Shown one piece after another: positions 6,546-10,452 of a stretch of 10,452 nt of DNA. Source of the DNA: Sandaracinaceae bacterium. Its GTDB lineage: Bacteria > Myxococcota_A > Polyangia > Polyangiales > Sandaracinaceae. The position numbers and the translations under genes are program-made. Within the stretch, counting starts at the first letter, position 1; each line of letters opens with the position of its first letter. A model generated the notes under the pieces. That model was given only the letters and a program-made list of their open reading frames with translations. It was not told the origin of the DNA and ran no database searches. The DNA lies in the NCBI GenBank assembly GCA_044220955.1, contig JBGAQA010000157.1:1-10452 (forward strand), written 5' to 3'.

Positions 6546-9467
6546 ATGCGCATCCTCGCCATCCGCGGGGCACGCCTGGCCAGCCTCGAGGCCCCGTTCG
6601 AGGTCGACCTCTCGGTCGAGCCGCTGCGGTCGGCGGGGGTGTTCGCGATCGTCGGGCCGACCGGTGCCGGGAAGAGCTCGCTGCTCGACGCGCTCTGCCT
6701 CGCGCTCTTCGACACGACGCCACGGCTCGAGCGCACGCCGCGGCAGCGGCTCGACGGGGAGGAGGCGGGCGATCTCTCGGGCAGCGATGCGCGCACGCTC
6801 GTGCGTCGGGGCGCGGACGACGCGTTCGCGGAGGTCGACTTCGTCGGCGTGGACGGCCGCACGTACCGCGCGCGCTGGGCCGCGGCGCGGGGCCGCACGG
6901 GACGCTTCCGACCGACGCAGCTCTCGCTGCGCGACGTGGCCACGGGCCGCGTCAGCAGCGGGACGAAGGGCGAGGTGCTCGCGGCGATCGAGGCCAAGCT
7001 CGGCCTCGGCCTCGCCGAGCTGCGCCGCGCCGTGCTCTTGCCCCAGGGCGAGGTCGCGGCGTTCCTCGACGCACCCTCCGACGAGCGCGCGCTCTTGCTC
7101 GAGCGGCTCACGGGCGCCGAGATCTTCGCCGAGGTGTCCAAGGTCGTCCACGCTCGCGCGAGCGACGCTCGGCGCGCGCGGGAGAACGCGGAGATCACCC
7201 GCGGCATGCTCACCGTCCTGCCGCCGGAGCAGGTCGAGCGGACCGAGGGCGAGCTCGTCGCCGCGCGGCTCGACGCGGCGCGCGCCGACGAGAGGGCGGC
7301 AGCGCTCGCCGCGCAGCGCGATCGGCGTGTGGCCCTAGGGCAGCTCCGCAGAGAGGAGGCGTCCGCCCTGGCCGCGCTCGACGAGATCGAGAACCAGCGG
7401 AGCCTGGTCGAGCTCGCGCGCGGGGACGTCGAGCTGGCCGACCGCGCCGAGGCGCTGGTCCCGCCGCTCGAGGACGAGCGTCGGGCGCATCGGAGCCACC
7501 GCGAAGCGCTGGCGCGCTGCGAGGCCGAGCGAGCGGCGCACGCGGGCGCCGCGTCGGCGCTCGCGCCCCTGGCCGATACGGCGCGCGAGGCCCAGCGCGC
7601 GCTCGCGGCGCTCGAGGCGACTCACGCCGCCGCGCGCGCAGCGCGGCAGGAGTCGGTGCGCGCGCTGCGGGAGCGATGGCTCTCGATCCCGGTCGCCCCC
7701 TCCGACGCCGAGATCGACGACCTCCGCGGGCGGGCGCGGGCGCTCACGACGCTGGCCTCGGCGCTCGATCAGCTGCGCGCCGCGGACGCGGCGGCGGAGC
7801 AGGCGACCCGAGAGGTGGAGCGTGCCGAAGAGCTGGCGCGCTCCCACGTCGCCGCGGCCGAGCGCCTCGACGCGCGTGCGCTCGAGCTGGCGCTGGACGC
7901 GACGTCGCAGAGCGCACGCCTCGACGAGGCGCAGCGCGCGCGAGAGCGCGCCCTGCTCGCTCGCTCACTCGAGGCCCACCGCGCGACGCTCTTGGACGGG
8001 CAGCCGTGCCCGCTCTGCGGCGCCACGGCGCATCCACTCTCCGGGGGAGCCTCCGACGAGGGATGGAGCGAGCTCGACGCTCGGGTCGTGACCATCCGTC
8101 TCGCGCTCGATCGCACGCGCGGGACGCTCTCGCGGGTCCAGGCCTCCGTCCACGCGCTGCGGCGCGAGGCGTCGAGCCTCGAGCTGGCGCGTCGCGCCGG
8201 AGAGGCCGAGCTCGCCAGGGCCCGGCACGAGGCGGACCGAGCGCGCGCAAGACTCGCCGCATCGGACGAGGTGCATCGGGAGCCTCAGGCGATCGCGCGA
8301 GCGCTCGCCGAGGTCGACGCCCAGACGCGCGCGCTGGACGAGGCCTCGCGGCGCGAGCGCGCTGCCCGCTCTGCGCTCGAGACGGCCGAGGCCCTGGCGC
8401 GGGCGGCCGACGAAGCGGCGGCTGCCGCGCGCGCCGACGCGTCCGGGCGCGCGCTCGACGCCGCGCACGTCCTCGATCGTGCCCGGGAGCGCGTGCGGGC
8501 GTTCGCGGAGAGCGTCGAGCGCCACGAGCTCGAGGTCGACGCCGCCGCGCAGGCGCTCGCCGCGTGCACCGGCAGCGCGGCACGCGCGCTCGAGGCGGCG
8601 GGCGTCGCGCGCGCCGATGCGACGCGGGTGCTCGGGGTCGACCGCGATCGGATCCGCCGCGCGCGCGCCGAGCTCGCGCGGCTCGACCACGAGCGCGCAC
8701 GCGCGCACGCGCGGCTCGACGAGCGTCGCGGGCGACGCGTCGCTCTGGAGCAGCTCTGCTCCGAGGAGGCGGGGGAGGCCGAGGGGGAGGCGCTCGACGC
8801 GCGGATCGGGGAGGCCCGGGCCGCGCGCGAGGTGGCGCGACGTCGGGAGGCCACGCTGGAGGCGGCGCTCGCGCACGACCGAGCGATCCGGCAGCGCGTC
8901 ACCGAGCTCGACGAGGCGTGCGTGGGCGCTCGGCGCGAGGAGGCGCGCTGGGAAGGGCTCGACGCGTCGATCGGGTCCTCCGACGGAAAGCGCTTCCGCG
9001 CGCACGCTCAGTCGCTGACCCTCGCGCGCTTGATCGGGTTCGCCAACGCGGAGCTGGCCCACCTCGCTCCGCGCTTCACGCTCGCGCGCGCGCCGGCGGC
9101 CGGTGAGATCGCGCTCTCGGTCGTCGATCGCGAGGCGGGCTACGCGCGCCGCGCGGTCCAGAGCCTCTCCGGGGGCGAGAGCTTCCTCGTCTCGCTCGCG
9201 CTGGCGCTCGGTCTGGCCGCGATGACCGCCGCCGAGGGAGGCCGCGACGTGCTCCGGGCCAGCTCCTTGTTCCTCGACGAGGGGCTCGGCGCGCTCGACC
9301 CGGCGTCGCTGGAGATCGCGCTCGGCGCCCTCGAGGCGCTGCGTGCCAGCGGGCGGCAGATCGCGATCGTCACGCACGTGCCCCAGGTCGCCGAGCGATT
9401 CGCCGCGCGTGTGGAGGTGGTTCCCCGTGGATCCGGGCGGAGCGAGGTGCGCGTCCTGAGGGGCTGA
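6546..9467 (+). CDS. sbcC: Exonuclease SbcCD subunit C (Rad50-like SMC ATPase), 973 aa
   Basis: The true start is ATG 6546 (MRILAIRGARLASL), 2 nt after the sbcD stop, with GGAG at 6531. Walker A GPTGAGKS, Q-loop LLPQGE, long coiled coils, central zinc hook CPLCG (8007-8021), signature LSGGESF, Walker B/D-loop LFLDEGLGALD, H-loop IVTH. Confidence 0.97.
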   Translation: MRILAIRGARLASLEAPFEVDLSVEPLRSAGVFAIVGPTGAGKSSLLDALCLALFDTTPRLERTPRQRLDGEEAGDLSGSDARTLVRRGADDAFAEVDFVGVDGRTYRARWAAARGRTGRFRPTQLSLRDVATGRVSSGTKGEVLAAIEAKLGLGLAELRRAVLLPQGEVAAFLDAPSDERALLLERLTGAEIFAEVSKVVHARASDARRARENAEITRGMLTVLPPEQVERTEGELVAARLDAARADERAAALAAQRDRRVALGQLRREEASALAALDEIENQRSLVELARGDVELADRAEALVPPLEDERRAHRSHREALARCEAERAAHAGAASALAPLADTAREAQRALAALEATHAAARAARQESVRALRERWLSIPVAPSDAEIDDLRGRARALTTLASALDQLRAADAAAEQATREVERAEELARSHVAAAERLDARALELALDATSQSARLDEAQRARERALLARSLEAHRATLLDGQPCPLCGATAHPLSGGASDEGWSELDARVVTIRLALDRTRGTLSRVQASVHALRREASSLELARRAGEAELARARHEADRARARLAASDEVHREPQAIARALAEVDAQTRALDEASRRERAARSALETAEALARAADEAAAAARADASGRALDAAHVLDRARERVRAFAESVERHELEVDAAAQALAACTGSAARALEAAGVARADATRVLGVDRDRIRRARAELARLDHERARAHARLDERRGRRVALEQLCSEEAGEAEGEALDARIGEARAAREVARRREATLEAALAHDRAIRQRVTELDEACVGARREEARWEGLDASIGSSDGKRFRAHAQSLTLARLIGFANAELAHLAPRFTLARAPAAGEIALSVVDREAGYARRAVQSLSGGESFLVSLALALGLAAMTAAEGGRDVLRASSLFLDEGLGALDPASLEIALGALEALRASGRQIAIVTHVPQVAERFAARVEVVPRGSGRSEVRVLRG

Positions 9468-9489
9468 CCCGCCCGGGATGGGGGGTAGG

Positions 9490-9536
9490 TCCAGGTGACC
9501 CTGGAACCCTGCGCCACCGATCGGCATACTCGACCC
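9490..9536 (+). promoter_or_regulatory. Putative promoter for a leaderless transcript, with overlapping inverted repeat
   Basis: CATACT (-10-like) at 9525-9530 ends 6 nt before ATG 9537, and no Shine-Dalgarno is present. GGAACC lies at 9503-9508, 16 nt upstream of the -10. Inverted repeat TCCAGG-N4-CCTGGA at 9490-9505. Confidence 0.4.
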
Positions 9537-10452
9537 ATGCCTCATCGGGACGATCGGGAAGCGCTGGACGCCAAGCTCGAAGCCCAGGCGAGAGAGCTGG
9601 CGGAGACGAAGGAAGAGCTCGAGCGGCTGGCCGCCGCGAACGCTCGAAAGGCGGCCGAGCTGGAGCGGCTGCGAGCGGCCGCGCAATCGCCACCTCCTGC
9701 GGCTGGGTGGGGCCGCGTGGGCCCTGGGGCGCGGATGCTCTCGCCGGCGCTCCAGCGTCAGATCGGGGTGCTCGTGATCGCGGCCAGCCTGCTCGTGGGT
9801 GGCCTCTCGTTCTCGGCGATTCACCTGGCCGCGAGCGCGCATCGCCCAGCGTACGCGTCTGGCGCTGCGCCCGTCGCGGCGGCGAGCACGCCCGTGCACG
9901 CGACGTTCGAGGCGGCGATCGCGCGCGCTTCGGGCCTGACGTCGCACGAGCCGGGAGAGGCCTGCCGTGTGGACGCCACGTTCCAGGCCGACGCGCGCGC
10001 GCGCGTCCACGGTGTCTCGGCGCTGTCCGTCACCTGTGGGGAAGAGACGCTCTATGCGCCCACCAGCGACGTGCTCGGCGACGCCATCGGCGTGGCCTGG
10101 GCCAGCGAAGCCGACGCGCACGTGCGCTACGAGATCGGCTTCGCCCACGAGGGGACGCGCCTCCACTCCTGGGACGGTGCCGCCGTGATCGCGATGGCGG
10201 GCTCGCGGATCGAGCTGGTGATCGCCCCGCTCAGCGACGAGGTCGCGCTCGCCGTCCCCTCCGACGCGCCGGTGGACCGGGTGCTGATGCGCTCGGGGCA
10301 CGTCACGGCATCGACGACGGTCGCGGTGGGGACGGCGTGCGTCGTCGCGCGCCGGCCCGCGACGCTCGAGGAGTTCGCGAGCCGCGTCGTGGTGCGATGC
10401 GGGGATCGCACCCTCTACGGCGCCGACGGGACGGGCTACACCTACCCCGGTG
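9537..10452 (+). CDS. Hypothetical single-pass membrane protein (N-terminal coiled coil, TM helix, two Cys-pair beta-rich modules); partial, runs off window end
   Basis: Not in the ORF track (no stop in window). Open for 305 codons: MPHRDDREALDAKLEAQARELAETKEELERLAAANARKAAELERLRAAAQ... TM-like segment IGVLVIAASLLVGGLSFSAI (9762-9821), then GEACRV..VTCGEETLY and GTACVV..VRCGDRTLYG. Codons end predominantly in G/C. Confidence 0.85.
   Translation, partial: MPHRDDREALDAKLEAQARELAETKEELERLAAANARKAAELERLRAAAQSPPPAAGWGRVGPGARMLSPALQRQIGVLVIAASLLVGGLSFSAIHLAASAHRPAYASGAAPVAAASTPVHATFEAAIARASGLTSHEPGEACRVDATFQADARARVHGVSALSVTCGEETLYAPTSDVLGDAIGVAWASEADAHVRYEIGFAHEGTRLHSWDGAAVIAMAGSRIELVIAPLSDEVALAVPSDAPVDRVLMRSGHVTASTTVAVGTACVVARRPATLEEFASRVVVRCGDRTLYGADGTGYTYPG

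Noticed and set aside
7150..8950. Recurrent GCGCTCGAC/GCGCGCGC/CTCGAG words resembling repeats
   Set aside because: Explained by Ala/Leu/Glu/Arg/Asp codons in the SbcC coiled coil. No regular spacing or spacer structure, so not a CRISPR array or tandem repeat.
5188..9467. sbcDC as an SMC-based anti-phage or anti-plasmid system (Wadjet/Lamassu-like)
   Set aside because: Canonical SbcD plus zinc-hook SbcC, with no kleisin, effector or other defence genes nearby. Consistent with housekeeping DNA repair.
9467..9486. Possible terminator hairpin right after sbcC
   Set aside because: Short stem with a mismatch and no U-tract.

Overview
Very GC-rich bacterial DNA whose gene repertoire looks myxobacterial (Polyangiales/Sandaracinus-like, by inference). 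From about 565 onward it is a coherent chromosomal segment. In order: a Hanks-type Ser/Thr kinase fused to a degenerate cyclase-like region and a P-loop ATPase (minus strand, TTG start at 2453, absent from the ORF track); a divergent AarF/ABC1/UbiB atypical kinase; a minus-strand pair of an OmpA-like peptidoglycan-binding protein and a 2H phosphoesterase (ThpR/LigT); sbcD-sbcC; and an unlisted single-pass membrane protein with two repeated Cys-pair modules running off the right edge. The first ~580 bp are anomalous. The kinase-ATPase frame switches in-frame, at its Walker B motif, into a 129-codon internal piece of polyphosphate kinase 1. That piece breaks off at ~176 and meets plus-strand coding sequence head-on, with no stop codon on either strand. 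This is most likely a chimeric assembly end rather than a real fusion. I found no convincing novel multi-gene system, and no RNA genes, mobile elements or CRISPR arrays. Most long ORFs in the track are antisense or off-frame shadows.
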